Positions 45,460 to 58,048 of a stretch of 64,000 nt of DNA are shown here, in pieces. Location: contig JAAXUA010000004.1 of NCBI GenBank assembly GCA_013336275.1, positions 47,460 to 111,459 of the forward strand. Direction: 5' to 3'. Below the pieces are notes generated by a model. The model searched no databases. It was given only the letters and a program-made list of their open reading frames with translations, and was not told the DNA's origin. The DNA is from Candidatus Falkowbacteria bacterium. Lineage in GTDB: Bacteria; Patescibacteriota; Patescibacteriia; Patescibacteriales; GWE2-39-37. Numbering within the stretch: the stretch's first letter is position 1; each line of letters opens with the position of its first letter. Made by a program: the position numbers and the translations under genes.

Positions 45460-45903
45460 TTATTCTTTCCAGTGGTTGATATTCGTGCCATAGATTTCCC
45501 ATTCCATATATACGCCATCTTCTTCCGACTCCATCCTGATTTCAAGCAAAGAGGTGCACTTAGCCAGATCTTTCCGATAGTCGTTCCAATTTCGCATTAT
45601 CAAATCCTCACTCTGATATTTTTTCAAGAAGTCGTTGACCGACTCTCCAATTTCTTTCATTCCGGCAATGAAACGCTTTATCCGTTCGACGCCTTCAGTA
45701 GGGATATCGCTGGCCCCGATAGCTGCTATCAATCGAGGGTAAAAATCTTCATTCTCCAAGGCTAAATGTGCAATTAGCGCCTCTTTGAATGCAGCCTGCA
45801 AACTGACAACCGAGGCATTCCCCTCCGACTGCTCAGCGGCCGCCTTCATTTCTTCAAGCAGCGCCCTCAACTTGGCGTGCTGTTCGATCAATTTTTGCAC
45901 CAT
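45460..45903 (-). CDS. hypothetical protein, possibly hemerythrin-like (HHE cation-binding)
   Basis: 147-aa helical ORF with an H/E pattern (EQHAKL..., HLALENEDFYP). This is weak by-eye recognition. Confidence 0.4.
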   Translation of the reverse strand: MVQKLIEQHAKLRALLEEMKAAAEQSEGNASVVSLQAAFKEALIAHLALENEDFYPRLIAAIGASDIPTEGVERIKRFIAGMKEIGESVNDFLKKYQSEDLIMRNWNDYRKDLAKCTSLLEIRMESEEDGVYMEWEIYGTNINHWKE

Positions 45904-45907
45904 ATGT

Positions 45908-46459
45908 TCACTTAATTATTTTCGATATTTTTTCTAACTCACCCAGGATCTCATGCCAATAGCTTCCATGAGGCACGAACCTTGATTTGTCAGATGATAA
46001 GTCTTTTTCAATCTGGCTGATCCCGAAAAACTTGACCGACTCAACCTCTTCGTCTTGGAGCTTGAACGCCTCTGTTCCGCCGTCATACTGAAGGAAATAC
46101 ACGTAATAGAATTCATTATTCTTGAAGCCGGGAAACGGCGGCGAATTTTTTACGATCTTAAAGAAGTGCAGATCGCTCGGCTGGACCCGCAGCCCGAGCT
46201 CTTCCTCGAGCTCCCGCGCCGCTGCCACTGCCGGCTCTTCGTTCGCACCGACGTGACCTGCCGCCGAAACATCCAAGGTCCCTGGATATAGCTGCTTACC
46301 TTGAGCCCGCAGCTGCAGAAGGACCTCGCCCTTGGCGTTATAAATCCAGACGTGCGCCGCTCGATGCCACAATCCGTCACGGTGGGCCTCGCTCTTCAGC
46401 TTGCGCTCACCCGTAAGCCTTCCCGAGTCGTCGCAGATATCGATCAATTCATCCGGCAT
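45908..46459 (-). CDS. NUDIX hydrolase
   Basis: Nudix box GHVGANEEPAVAAARELEEELGL. Confidence 0.85.
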   Translation of the reverse strand: MPDELIDICDDSGRLTGERKLKSEAHRDGLWHRAAHVWIYNAKGEVLLQLRAQGKQLYPGTLDVSAAGHVGANEEPAVAAARELEEELGLRVQPSDLHFFKIVKNSPPFPGFKNNEFYYVYFLQYDGGTEAFKLQDEEVESVKFFGISQIEKDLSSDKSRFVPHGSYWHEILGELEKISKIIK

Positions 46460-46661
46460 TAGTTCAAATTAATACAGGGTTTGTTCATTACCCTTAAAAA
46501 TCGCTATTCTTAGTTAAGATACTATGAAATAATTATACCTTTTGGTGCCAAAAAAACAATCCCGGCCGAAGACATTGAAAAAAATACCGCGAACAGGCAT
46601 AATTATGACTATGTCGGTACTTTAGCCATACGGCTCATTAATCATTAATAACATAAAAACA

Positions 46662-46937
46662 ATGTTCAACAAGCTCAAGCAGATCAAGGATTTGCGCGAC
46701 CAGGCCAAAACCATGCAGAACGCCCTGGCCAAAGAATCGGTAACCGTCGAGCGGGGTGGCGTCAAGGTCGTGATGAACGGCAACCTTGAGATCACTTCGC
46801 TGACGATCGCCGAGGGTACCTCCAAGGAATCAACTGAAAAGAACGTCAAAGAGGCCTTCAACGAAGCAGTCAAGAAAACCCAGAAACTAATGGCCACTAA
46901 GCTCCAGGAAATGGGAGGCTTTCCAGGCTTGATGTAA
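46662..46937 (+). CDS. YbaB/EbfC nucleoid-associated protein
   Basis: 91-aa ORF of typical size, with K..Q..Q..L......V.....GG.V.V...G and upstream of recR. Confidence 0.85.
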   Translation: MFNKLKQIKDLRDQAKTMQNALAKESVTVERGGVKVVMNGNLEITSLTIAEGTSKESTEKNVKEAFNEAVKKTQKLMATKLQEMGGFPGLM

Positions 46938-46977
46938 AATAAGGCTGTTCTCCTTGGTCCTTGCGGACCCTGCGGCT

Positions 46978-47574
46978 ATGCACTACCCTAAAGCAATACA
47001 AAGATTGATCGAGGCTTTCGCCAAATTGCCGACCGTCGGACCCAAGACGGCCGAACGTTTTGCGTTGTCGCTCTTGGCCCAATCAGAAAAAGATGTAGCC
47101 GAACTCAGCCAAGCGATCGCCACACTACAAGAGAATATCACTAAATGCCAAAGCTGCTTCGCTATCACCGAAGCCAGCCCCTGCCCCGTCTGCGCTGACC
47201 AACGGCGGCAGAACGGCCAGCTCTGCATCGTTTCCGATCAGCGCGACTATCTGGCAATCGAGTCGAGCCGGCAATTCCAGGGACGATTCTATGTCCTTGG
47301 CGCGGAGTTGAACCAACTCGAGGGCATCGGTCCGAGCAGCCTGAACCTTGAGCCTCTCCTGAAGCGGCTGCAGTCCGGCGAAATCCAAGAGGTTATCTTG
47401 GCTCTGAACCCAACCATTGAAGGCGAGACCACCAGCATGTATTTGGCCAAACTGCTCAGGCCGCTGCCAGTGAAAGTCACCCGCCTAGCCCGCGGTTTGC
47501 CCATGGGCGCCAACCTCGAATACGTAGACGAACTCACCCTTGGCAACGCTCTCAAATACCGCAATCAAATATAA
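46978..47574 (+). CDS. recR: recombination protein RecR
   Basis: LPTVGPKTAERFA helix-hairpin-helix, a C4 zinc finger (CQSC..CPVC) and a Toprim domain. I prefer the ATG at 46978 to the TTG at 46954. Confidence 0.93.
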   Translation: MHYPKAIQRLIEAFAKLPTVGPKTAERFALSLLAQSEKDVAELSQAIATLQENITKCQSCFAITEASPCPVCADQRRQNGQLCIVSDQRDYLAIESSRQFQGRFYVLGAELNQLEGIGPSSLNLEPLLKRLQSGEIQEVILALNPTIEGETTSMYLAKLLRPLPVKVTRLARGLPMGANLEYVDELTLGNALKYRNQI

Positions 47575-47582
47575 ACAGATAC

Positions 47583-47617
47583 AAAAAATCCCACCGCTCT
47601 TGGTGGGATTTTTTTTG
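47583..47617. terminator. bidirectional terminator (AATCCCACC/GGTGGGATT)
   Basis: Read from the sequence, between convergent recR and rplU. Confidence 0.8.
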
Positions 47618-47633
47618 TATTCTCCTGGAAAAT

Positions 47634-47945
47634 TTAGATTTTGGTGATCTCGACCTTGGTGAAAGGCTGGCGATGACCGACATTTCTCTTGTAACGTGTC
47701 TTGTTCTTGTACTTGATGACTGAGACCTTTTCGGCCCTGTCCTGCTCAAGCACCTTGCCCTCGACGCGTTCGCCCAATGACGGCTTACCGAGTTCGATGG
47801 TAGCGCCGTCAGCGTCAGCGACCAACAGGGTCTCGAACTTGACGGTAGCTCCGACCTCAAGGGGAAGCTTCTCGATTTTCAGGGATTTACCGGCCTCAAC
47901 TTTGTACTGTTTACCGCCAGTTTTGATGACTGCAATTTTTGCCAT
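47634..47945 (-). CDS. rplU: 50S ribosomal protein L21
   Basis: MAKIAVIKTGGKQYKVEAG.. and ..GHRQPFTKVEI. I prefer the ATG at 47945. No rpmA follows. Confidence 0.92.
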   Translation of the reverse strand: MAKIAVIKTGGKQYKVEAGKSLKIEKLPLEVGATVKFETLLVADADGATIELGKPSLGERVEGKVLEQDRAEKVSVIKYKNKTRYKRNVGHRQPFTKVEITKI

Positions 47946-48090
47946 ATGGATATTACAATATAAATAAAAACGCGCCACTTTCAGGCGGTATGCTTTATTA
48001 TACTAAAAAATGCTAAAAAGTCAAGTTTATTCCCACGACTGGGTTGATAGTCCTTGAAAAATGAAATTTTTACTAACCTAAGCTCAAAAA

Positions 48091-49122
48091 TCACTTTGCT
48101 GCCTTTTTGCGGTCAATATAGCTGAAACTGAGAACCACCACCAGCATGACCATGAATAACCCAGCCAAAGCGTAGAGCTTGCCCAAACTTTGCAGGAACA
48201 AGCCCGAGAGTCCGAAAAATAGAGCGAAAGCATAGAAAATCAAAACGGTCTTGCGATGTCCCAGCCCGAGATCGAACAGGCGATGATGCAGATGTTTGCG
48301 GTCAGCGAAACGGAAAGGATTCTTCCCTTCGGCCAAGCGCCGGATGATCGTCCAAAGGACATCAAGGATCGGCACGCCCATTATCAAGAGGGCGATGGCT
48401 ATCTTGCCGCCAGAGATTATGGCCAGGACGCCCAGGATATAACCCAATAAGAGCGAACCGCCTTCGCCTAAGAATATCTTGGCCGGATGCCAATTGAAAA
48501 ACAGGAAGCCGGCACATGCGCCGGACAATATCAGCGAAGCCAGAGCGATGTCTGGCTGGTAATACCGAGTGGTTGAAGTGAAAAGGAAGATGATCAACCC
48601 GCCGATGCCGACCATGCCGGTCACTAAGCCATCCAGGCCGTCCAGCAGCTTGGTGGTGTACATCATGCCCATCAGCCACAAAGCGATCAGCACGCCGGAC
48701 CAGGCGCCGAGATAAATGTAGCCCCCGGCGGGATTGGTTATCTTCTCGATGTGGACGCCGCCCGCAATCACAGCGGCGATGGCCAAGACCGGGAACATCA
48801 GCTGTTGGGCCGGTTTGAGATTGTATTTGTCATCCAAGAAGCCGCCGATCATCAGGAAGAGCGCTCCGACGAAAAAACCGAAAAAATGATAAGGCTCGAG
48901 ATTGCCTGAAAGCATGGCATCGCGGAACCAATACATCAAGGAAAAGAAGGTTAAAAAAATTGCCAGCCCTCCGAGAAGCGGAGTCGGCTGGCGATGGAGC
49001 TTGCGCTCGTCGTTAGGCGCGTCCACCAGCTCGATTTTCCGAGCCAGATGCATGATCGGCCAAGTCAAAACCAATGAGATCAACAAACTGAAGATAAAAG
49101 CAAGGGCGTACTGCAGGGCCAT
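48091..49122 (-). CDS. glycosyltransferase family 4 polyprenyl-phosphate sugar-1-phosphate transferase (WecA/MraY-like)
   Basis: 343-aa polytopic ORF with DAPNDERKLHRQPTPLLGG and FLDDKYNL motifs. Confidence 0.8.
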   Translation of the reverse strand: MALQYALAFIFSLLISLVLTWPIMHLARKIELVDAPNDERKLHRQPTPLLGGLAIFLTFFSLMYWFRDAMLSGNLEPYHFFGFFVGALFLMIGGFLDDKYNLKPAQQLMFPVLAIAAVIAGGVHIEKITNPAGGYIYLGAWSGVLIALWLMGMMYTTKLLDGLDGLVTGMVGIGGLIIFLFTSTTRYYQPDIALASLILSGACAGFLFFNWHPAKIFLGEGGSLLLGYILGVLAIISGGKIAIALLIMGVPILDVLWTIIRRLAEGKNPFRFADRKHLHHRLFDLGLGHRKTVLIFYAFALFFGLSGLFLQSLGKLYALAGLFMVMLVVVLSFSYIDRKKAAK

Positions 49123-49200
49123 AATATTTTTGACTGAATTCTTTAAAAGGGTATAAGATATATACAGATACTATCCGCTCGGAAAGGAGGTGTTCTTTAT

Positions 49201-49578
49201 ATGCTGGCTCGAACCAAGCAAGGTGAGTTAGCGCAAAGCAGGGGCTTAGTCGTGGGCAGATTCGACGAACATCTGGCCATGCTCCTGGTAGAACAAACGA
49301 AAAGCCGTTGCGCCACGGTCCACTGGATCAGAAACCTCGATTGTCAGTATATCAAAAGACTGAATTGGCGCAAATACCGCTGCATCGTCTGCAGCATGGA
49401 TTTCTACCAGCAATGTCTCCACCGCCTCAATCTTGTCGCCGGACTGATCGAAATCACGATCATCCTGACCGACAAGCGTGAATTCCTTTCCCTTGTCCTG
49501 CTGCCTGTGCCAGCCTCGATCAAGAAAAAATTCTTCTTGCCTGAGACGCGGCGATTCGCCAACACGGTCAGTCTGTAA
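49201..49578 (+). CDS. hypothetical protein; coding strand uncertain
   Basis: AAGGAGG (49184-49190) sits 10 nt before the ATG, and a GGGAGG..CCTCCC stem followed by T5 lies after the stop. However, the product is Cys/Arg/Leu-rich, and the codon-aligned antisense frame looks more protein-like (see findings). Confidence 0.4.
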   Translation: MLARTKQGELAQSRGLVVGRFDEHLAMLLVEQTKSRCATVHWIRNLDCQYIKRLNWRKYRCIVCSMDFYQQCLHRLNLVAGLIEITIILTDKREFLSLVLLPVPASIKKKFFLPETRRFANTVSL

Positions 49579-49624
49579 CTCCTCCGGGAGGGCGCCTTCC
49601 AGCGATCCTCCCTTTTTGTATCCG

Positions 49625-52357
<2,733 letters not shown>

Positions 52358-52362
52358 GAAGC

Positions 52363-52734
52363 TTAAGCGGGGATTATTTGATAAAACACCTCATACAAGG
52401 AAATAATCGGCAGACAGATCCAGGCCGCCAGGAAAAGCAAGGCCAGCCCCAGCCAAAAAACCATTATTACGCCCCTGACGATTATCTGGATGAAGCGCAT
52501 GAAGATGCTGATGAGCACGCCGGCAAAATCGCTTTGGCCATACATCGGCTTGCCGATATTCTTGAGCCAGACCAAAAAACCGATTTCATGCTCCCTTTCC
52601 GCAATAAATTTACCTAATGTTAGTATAAATTTAACCAAACCGGCACCATACCACCATAAGGGAAAATAAAAGACTCCCCACACTATATCCGCGATGATCT
52701 TGGAACTATAAATCGCTACGTTGTTGTTATCCAT
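52363..52734 (-). CDS. hypothetical small membrane protein, immediately upstream of the Clp-like gene
   Basis: 123-aa ORF with 3-4 TM helices and a 5-nt gap to the Clp-like start. Confidence 0.6.
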   Translation of the reverse strand: MDNNNVAIYSSKIIADIVWGVFYFPLWWYGAGLVKFILTLGKFIAEREHEIGFLVWLKNIGKPMYGQSDFAGVLISIFMRFIQIIVRGVIMVFWLGLALLFLAAWICLPIISLYEVFYQIIPA

Positions 52735-52775
52735 AGTGGTTAAATTATAACACGTTTACCCCGATCGACCAAACC

Positions 52776-52804
52776 TTGACATTTCCCCTCCAATCGGTTA
52801 TTCT
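52776..52804 (+). promoter_or_regulatory. promoter TTGACA-N17-TATTCT upstream of secE
   Basis: Hexamers at 52776-52781 and 52799-52804. Confidence 0.5.
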
Positions 52805-52854
52805 AACCATAGTTAATTGGAACGCCCGCAAGGGCTGTTTTTTAAACCAAAATT

Positions 52855-53049
52855 ATGGTAAACCGCCTAACTACGTATCTTAAAGACTCGGCCGAAGAGC
52901 TGAAAAAGGTCACTTGGCCGACAAGGAACGAAACCACCAACTACACGCTTATGGTTATCGGTGTCAGCTTGGCTGTTTCCGCTTTTTTGTACTTGCTGGA
53001 CATGGTCTTTGCCACCGGCCTGAGCCTCCTGATCAACCGAGGCCTCTAA
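52855..53049 (+). CDS. secE: preprotein translocase subunit SecE
   Basis: 64-aa ORF with ELKKVTWPTRNET followed by a single TM helix, upstream of nusG. Confidence 0.9.
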   Translation: MVNRLTTYLKDSAEELKKVTWPTRNETTNYTLMVIGVSLAVSAFLYLLDMVFATGLSLLINRGL

Positions 53050-53093
53050 TCGTCTTAAACCCAACAACAAAGGAGAAGTTATAAATAAAATCT

Positions 53094-53639
53094 ATGGCTA
53101 AACAAGTCTTAAACCAAGGCCGTCGCTGGTACGTCATCCACACCTACTCTGGCTACGAAGAAAACGTCGCTCAGAGCTTGCGTCAAAGAACCGAGTCGAT
53201 GGACATGGAGGACAAAATTTTCAATATCCTGATTCCGATCGAGAAGAAGATCAAGATCAAGAACGGCAAACGCAAGACCGTGGAAGAAAAAATCTTCCCT
53301 GGTTATGTCTTGGTGGAAATGATTGTGACTGATGATTCCTGGTATGTCGTGCGCAACACGCCGAACGTCACCGGCTTTATCGGCACCGGCACCATCCCAA
53401 CCCCGATTTCCGACAACGAAGTCAAGGACCTGCAGAAACGCATGGGCGTCGAAGAGCCTAAATTCACCATCGACGTCTCGGTCGATTCTCCGGTCAAGAT
53501 CGTCGACGGTCCTTTCAAGAACCTCGAAGGAAAAGTCACGCAAGTCGACGAAGCCAAGGGCAAGGTCAAGGTTTTGGTCTCGATGTTCGGACGCGAAACG
53601 CCTTTGGAACTGGACTTTTTACAGATCAAGAAGATTTAA
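53094..53639 (+). CDS. nusG: transcription termination/antitermination factor NusG
   Basis: WYVIHTYSGYEN-type NGN motif (here WYVIHTYSGYEE) and a C-terminal KOW domain (VKIVDGPFKNLEGKV). Confidence 0.95.
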   Translation: MAKQVLNQGRRWYVIHTYSGYEENVAQSLRQRTESMDMEDKIFNILIPIEKKIKIKNGKRKTVEEKIFPGYVLVEMIVTDDSWYVVRNTPNVTGFIGTGTIPTPISDNEVKDLQKRMGVEEPKFTIDVSVDSPVKIVDGPFKNLEGKVTQVDEAKGKVKVLVSMFGRETPLELDFLQIKKI

Positions 53640-53710
53640 TAGAATATTTTTGCTTTGTCACTTCAAAGTGAGCTTCTCAAAGCAAAATCAAGATTATTTA
53701 TCATAAATTT

Positions 53711-54136
53711 ATGGCTAAGAAAATATTAGCGCAGATCAAATTGCAGATCCCCGCTGGCCAGGCCAACCCTGCGCCTCCAGTCGGTCCTGCCCTGGGACAG
53801 CACGGCGTCCAGATCCAGGCTTTCTGCATGCAGTTCAACGATGCAACCAAGGATCGGATGGGCGAAATCACCCCGGTGGTGATCACCGTCTATGATGACC
53901 GCACTTTCACTTTCATCACCAAGACCCCGCCAGCAGGCGAGTTGATCAAGAAATTCGCTGGCATCAAGAGCGGTTCCAAGAAGGCTCATATCGAGAAGGT
54001 GGGCACCCTGACTACTGCGCAGCTCCGCGAGATCGCGACTATCAAGCTGCAGGACTTGAACACCACCAGCGTAGACGCCGCGATGAAGACCATCGCCGGC
54101 ACTGCCCGCCAGATGGGAGTTGAAATCAAAGATTAA
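53711..54136 (+). CDS. rplK: 50S ribosomal protein L11
   Basis: [25 protein letters not shown] motif. Confidence 0.96.
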   Translation: MAKKILAQIKLQIPAGQANPAPPVGPALGQHGVQIQAFCMQFNDATKDRMGEITPVVITVYDDRTFTFITKTPPAGELIKKFAGIKSGSKKAHIEKVGTLTTAQLREIATIKLQDLNTTSVDAAMKTIAGTARQMGVEIKD

Positions 54137-54163
54137 TCATTCAATATTAACGTGGGAGTCCGC

Positions 54164-54889
54164 ATGGACGCAGACCACTCCAAAAACATGACAGAAGCCA
54201 AAGAGGTCAAAAAGACCGTAAAAAAATCCAAGAAGAAGGCCTACGAATTCGACAAGGCCAAAGCTTATCCGATCGCTGAAGCGATCGAGATGGCCAAGAA
54301 GTTCTCTGGCACCAAGTTCGATTCATCGATCGAGGTCCACTTGCGCTTAGGCATCGACACCAAGAAGGGTGACCAGCAGATCCGTTCCGCTGTCAGCCTC
54401 CCACATGGTATCGGTAAGACCGTCAAGGTGGCTGCCTTCGTCAGCGCTGACAAGCAGGCTGACGCCAAAGCTGCTGGTGCCGATATCGTCGGTGGCGAAG
54501 AGCTGATCGAAGAGATCAAGAAGACCGAGAAGACCGATTTCGAAGTCGCCATCGCTACTCCGGAAATGATGCGCTTCCTGGCTCCGATCGCCAAGATCCT
54601 CGGCACCCGCGGTCTGATGCCTTCACCGAAGAACGAAACCGTCACCACCGACCCAGCCAAAGCCATTGCCGAAATCAAGAAAGGCAAGATCAGCTTCAAG
54701 AACGACGACACCGCCAACATCCACATGCCGATCGGCAAAGTCTCTTTCGAGACCGTCAAGCTGGCTGAGAATTTCCAGGCCGTTGTCGATATCATCAAGA
54801 AGTTGAAGCCGGCCAAGGCCAAAGGCGCCTACATCAAGAATGTGGTCATCTGCTCGACCATGGGTCCTGGCATCAAAGTTTCTCTCTAG
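54164..54889 (+). CDS. rplA: 50S ribosomal protein L1
   Basis: LRLGIDTKKGDQQIRSAVSLPHGIGK and GPRGLMPNP-type motif (here GTRGLMPSP). I prefer the ATG at 54164, with GGGAG 5 nt upstream, to the track's GTG at 54152. Confidence 0.93.
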   Translation: MDADHSKNMTEAKEVKKTVKKSKKKAYEFDKAKAYPIAEAIEMAKKFSGTKFDSSIEVHLRLGIDTKKGDQQIRSAVSLPHGIGKTVKVAAFVSADKQADAKAAGADIVGGEELIEEIKKTEKTDFEVAIATPEMMRFLAPIAKILGTRGLMPSPKNETVTTDPAKAIAEIKKGKISFKNDDTANIHMPIGKVSFETVKLAENFQAVVDIIKKLKPAKAKGAYIKNVVICSTMGPGIKVSL

Positions 54890-54908
54890 CCTCAAGGCAC
54901 TCAAATAC

Positions 54909-54940
54909 GAAACAGCCCCGCATGTCGCGGGGCTGTTTTT
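54909..54940 (+). terminator. intrinsic terminator after rplA (ACAGCCCCGC/GCGGGGCTGT followed by a T-run)
   Basis: Read from the sequence. Confidence 0.85.
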
Positions 54941-54945
54941 ATATT

Positions 54946-54970
54946 AAAAAGAGCCGTTCGAAAACGGCTC
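54946..54970 (-). terminator. intrinsic terminator for the 54995-55543 gene (GAGCCGTT/AACGGCTC followed by a T-run on the minus strand)
   Basis: Read from the sequence. Confidence 0.7.
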
Positions 54971-54994
54971 ATGGTCACTCCTTAAAAAAAGAAG

Positions 54995-55543
54995 TCAGTT
55001 AAGCTCAATCATCACGGGATCAGGATCATTATCGATCTCGACCATTATTTTCCTAGTGGACTTTTGGCACGTACGAATCGAGTGCTTGCAATTAAACCAG
55101 AATAAAACCACCAGCAGGCATACCAATGTCTTCCCGCTCCAAACAAGGGACGCGAACAGCACGAGCCACAAAACTCTCGCAAAATAAAATTTCCAAGTCC
55201 GCTTCTTGCTCATCAGGCTTATAGCGCCTAGATTGAGCGGCTGCTTGGCAGTCAGCGTCGATGCCAGCAGTAGCAATGCTGAGACGACCAGCATGAACAG
55301 CATCAGCAAGATTTCAGCTATGCTGTCCAGTACGGCGGGCAAGCGCCCGGGCCAAAAAGCATTAAGCGCATAGACGCTGGAAACGACGGGCAAGACCAGC
55401 TGTGCCGAAACCGTAACTGCTATGCTGGAGCTGCCCGGGGGCTTCATTATTTTCCACTGCTTGCGGATTGCCGATTCAACTCTCAGCGACAAGTCAGCAT
55501 TCCTGATGATTTCCACTTCGCTCTCTGTCAATTTTCTGGACAT
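54995..55543 (-). CDS. hypothetical membrane protein
   Basis: I prefer the ATG at 55543 (MSRKLTESEVEII...). It has four TM helices. Confidence 0.55.
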   Translation of the reverse strand: MSRKLTESEVEIIRNADLSLRVESAIRKQWKIMKPPGSSSIAVTVSAQLVLPVVSSVYALNAFWPGRLPAVLDSIAEILLMLFMLVVSALLLLASTLTAKQPLNLGAISLMSKKRTWKFYFARVLWLVLFASLVWSGKTLVCLLVVLFWFNCKHSIRTCQKSTRKIMVEIDNDPDPVMIELN

Positions 55544-55723
55544 ATGCCTCCCTTTTTTTCTTTTTTTATTTGAAAGCTTCCCGCAATGATATTCGATTAA
55601 TGAAAGGACGATAGCATAAAATAGCATTTATCAAGGCTTCTGTCAATTATGAGTTCGGGTTCAACACCTTGCTTTTCTACTAACTTTTGCTAAAATCAAA
55701 GCATAAATCAATAACTCAAATCT

Positions 55724-56479
55724 ATGGGTTACACAATCCTCTTTCTGGTCTTCGTCTTCTTGGTCCTGCCGGGCTTCCGCGTCGTCCAGCAGTATGAGAA
55801 AGGCGTAGTCTTCCTCTTGGGCAAAATTACCGGCATCAAGGAGCCAGGACTCACCTGGATCATTCCCTACATTTCCTGGATGCGCCAAATCGATCTCCGC
55901 ACGATCACCATGCCCATACCGCCGCAGAAGATCATTACCAAGGACAATGTCTCGGTCGACGTGTCGGCCGTCGCCTATTACAAAGTAGTCGACCCCATCA
56001 AAAGCATCGTGTCCATCGAGAACGTCATGAGCGCTATCAATCAGATATCGCAAACGACTGTCAGAAACATCGTCGGCCGTTTCCAGCTTGATGAGATCCT
56101 GTCAGAGCGCGATGTCATCAACGGAGAAATACGCAAAGTGCTCGACACCCACACAGAAACCTGGGGCGTGGTCGTTTCGGTCGTCGAGATCAAGGATATC
56201 GAACTGCCGGAGAACATGCAGCGTGCCATGGCCAAACAGGCCGAGGCCGAACGCGAGAAGCGCGCCAAGATTATCGCCGCCGAAGGCGAGCTGTTAGCCT
56301 CGCAGAAGCTCGGCGAAGCTGCCGACGTCATCGCCGCCCATCCTATCGCCCTGCAGCTCCGCAATCTTCAGACCATGGCCGAAATCAGCATCGAGAAGAA
56401 CTCTACCATCATCTTCCCTGCCCAGCTCATGAGCTCGGTTGAAGACATGAAAAGATTCGTTGCCAAGGAACAGAAATAA
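55724..56479 (+). CDS. SPFH/band-7 (stomatin-like) protein
   Basis: N-terminal TM helix, the SPFH core ([15 protein letters not shown]...[15 protein letters not shown]) and an [17 protein letters not shown] coiled coil. Confidence 0.9.
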   Translation: MGYTILFLVFVFLVLPGFRVVQQYEKGVVFLLGKITGIKEPGLTWIIPYISWMRQIDLRTITMPIPPQKIITKDNVSVDVSAVAYYKVVDPIKSIVSIENVMSAINQISQTTVRNIVGRFQLDEILSERDVINGEIRKVLDTHTETWGVVVSVVEIKDIELPENMQRAMAKQAEAEREKRAKIIAAEGELLASQKLGEAADVIAAHPIALQLRNLQTMAEISIEKNSTIIFPAQLMSSVEDMKRFVAKEQK

Positions 56480-56485
56480 ATCCTA

Positions 56486-56518
56486 AAATAGGGGCGGTTC
56501 GACCGTCCCTATTTTTTT
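56486..56518 (+). terminator. intrinsic terminator after the SPFH gene
   Basis: TAGGGGCGG-TTCGA-CCGTCCCTA followed by T7. Confidence 0.8.
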
Positions 56519-56674
56519 GCTAAAAATAGGGCTTAGCGAACGCAAATATCCGGTTTGCTTTAAACTCCCCTCTCTGATAAAATAAAAAGACTAAAAAGGA
56601 CTTTTCCACAAGACAAACACAAAAATGCAATAAACAAGGGGGTTTCGTCAAGCTAACCTTTTTTATTTTACCCT

Positions 56675-57403
56675 ATGGAAAACCAAGCCTCTTACCATCG
56701 CCCCTCCTGGGATGAGTACTTCATGAACATCGCTGATATGGTCGGCTCACGCGGCACCTGTGATCGCGGACGGCTTGGATGCGTCATCGTCAAGGACAAA
56801 CGGATTATTGCGACCGGTTACGTCGGTTCACCAGCCGGCATCTCGCACTGCGATGAAATCGGCCACGAGATGCATACAGTTACCCATGAAGATGGCCACC
56901 AGACCCGCCACTGCATCCGCACCATCCATGCCGAACAGAATGCGATTTGCCAAGCCGCACGCGAAGGGATCTCGCTCGAAGGCGCCACGATCTATCAAAA
57001 AATGACTCCCTGCTACGTCTGCGCCAAAATGATCATTAACGCTGGCATCAAGCGAGTCGTTTGCCAAAAGAATTATCATGGCAGCGGTCGTGCTGGGGAG
57101 ATTTTTGCCGAAACCGGCGTCCAGTTCAAAGTGCTTTCCAACGATATGGAGATTTATGCCGACATGAAACCTGGAGAGCCCGCTGTTCCGAAACAAGATG
57201 CGCCTGACCAACCGACAGTACCGGCCACGCAGGTGCCCCCGGATTTGCCGGCAAAAATGACCGTGGCAGAACCGGCGGTTGCCAAAGTTGAGCCGGAGAT
57301 AACCCCAGTTGCCGCTGCGCCTGCAGTCGAGAGGCCGCTTTCGGCTTACGCCGCTAGCTTTACCCCGATCAGCAAAATCCTAAAAGCTGACATTCCTCTA
57401 TAA
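56675..57403 (+). CDS. dCMP deaminase (ComEB-type) with a ~90-aa Pro/Ala-rich C-terminal extension
   Basis: HAEQNAI and PCYVCAKMIINAGIKRVV zinc-ligand motifs. The tail is PAVPKQDAPDQPTVPATQVPPDLPAK... Confidence 0.85.
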   Translation: MENQASYHRPSWDEYFMNIADMVGSRGTCDRGRLGCVIVKDKRIIATGYVGSPAGISHCDEIGHEMHTVTHEDGHQTRHCIRTIHAEQNAICQAAREGISLEGATIYQKMTPCYVCAKMIINAGIKRVVCQKNYHGSGRAGEIFAETGVQFKVLSNDMEIYADMKPGEPAVPKQDAPDQPTVPATQVPPDLPAKMTVAEPAVAKVEPEITPVAAAPAVERPLSAYAASFTPISKILKADIPL

Positions 57404-57406
57404 ACT

Positions 57407-57955
57407 ATGAGCCAAAAAATCATCATCGGCTTCACCGGCCTGATCGCTTCAGGCAAAGGAACGGCGGCCAAATATCTTGAAGAAAAATATGGCGCCTCGA
57501 CTTATCGCTTCTCCACTATGTTGCGCGACGGTCTTGACCGCTTCTACATTCCCCAAACCAGGGACAATATCGTCACTTTTTCAGAGATAATGCGCAATGC
57601 TTTCGGGCAAGACCTGATGGCTAAAGTCATCGCCAATGACGCGAAGAACGATGATCACGAAATCGTGGTCGTCGAAGGCATCCGCCGCATGCCGGACATC
57701 GCCCACTTGAAAGAGATCCCCGACTTCAAGCTGATCCGCCTTGTCGCCGAACCGCGAACGAGATGGGAACGCCTGACCAAGCGCAACGAAAACGCAGATG
57801 ATTCCAGCAAGACTTATGAACAGTTCCAGGCCGACCATCAGTTGCCGACCGAACTGACCATTCCCGAAGTAATGAGCCATGCCGACCTGGAAATAGACAA
57901 CAACGGCGACCTGGCAGCGCTTTACCGCCAGCTGGACCAGCTAATCGCCAAGTGA
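57407..57955 (+). CDS. P-loop nucleotide/nucleoside kinase-like protein
   Basis: Walker A GLIASGKGT at the N-terminus, with size and layout of the dNMP / dephospho-CoA kinase fold. A 3-nt gap separates it from the deaminase gene. Confidence 0.55.
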   Translation: MSQKIIIGFTGLIASGKGTAAKYLEEKYGASTYRFSTMLRDGLDRFYIPQTRDNIVTFSEIMRNAFGQDLMAKVIANDAKNDDHEIVVVEGIRRMPDIAHLKEIPDFKLIRLVAEPRTRWERLTKRNENADDSSKTYEQFQADHQLPTELTIPEVMSHADLEIDNNGDLAALYRQLDQLIAK

Positions 57956-58048
57956 CCGATTAACAATCTAACAAGGAGGAGTGCACGACCCGACTGCCTG
58001 GCAGATCGGGATTTGCACTCCTTTGTTTTCTTTAAGAGCACCATACCT

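Noticed and set aside
53640-53710. An L1/L11 autoregulatory leader between nusG and rplK.
   Set aside because: A 9-bp stem (TTTGCTTTG/CAAAGCAAA) is present. I could not recognise the rRNA-mimic L1-binding motif, so it may simply be a nusG terminator or attenuator.
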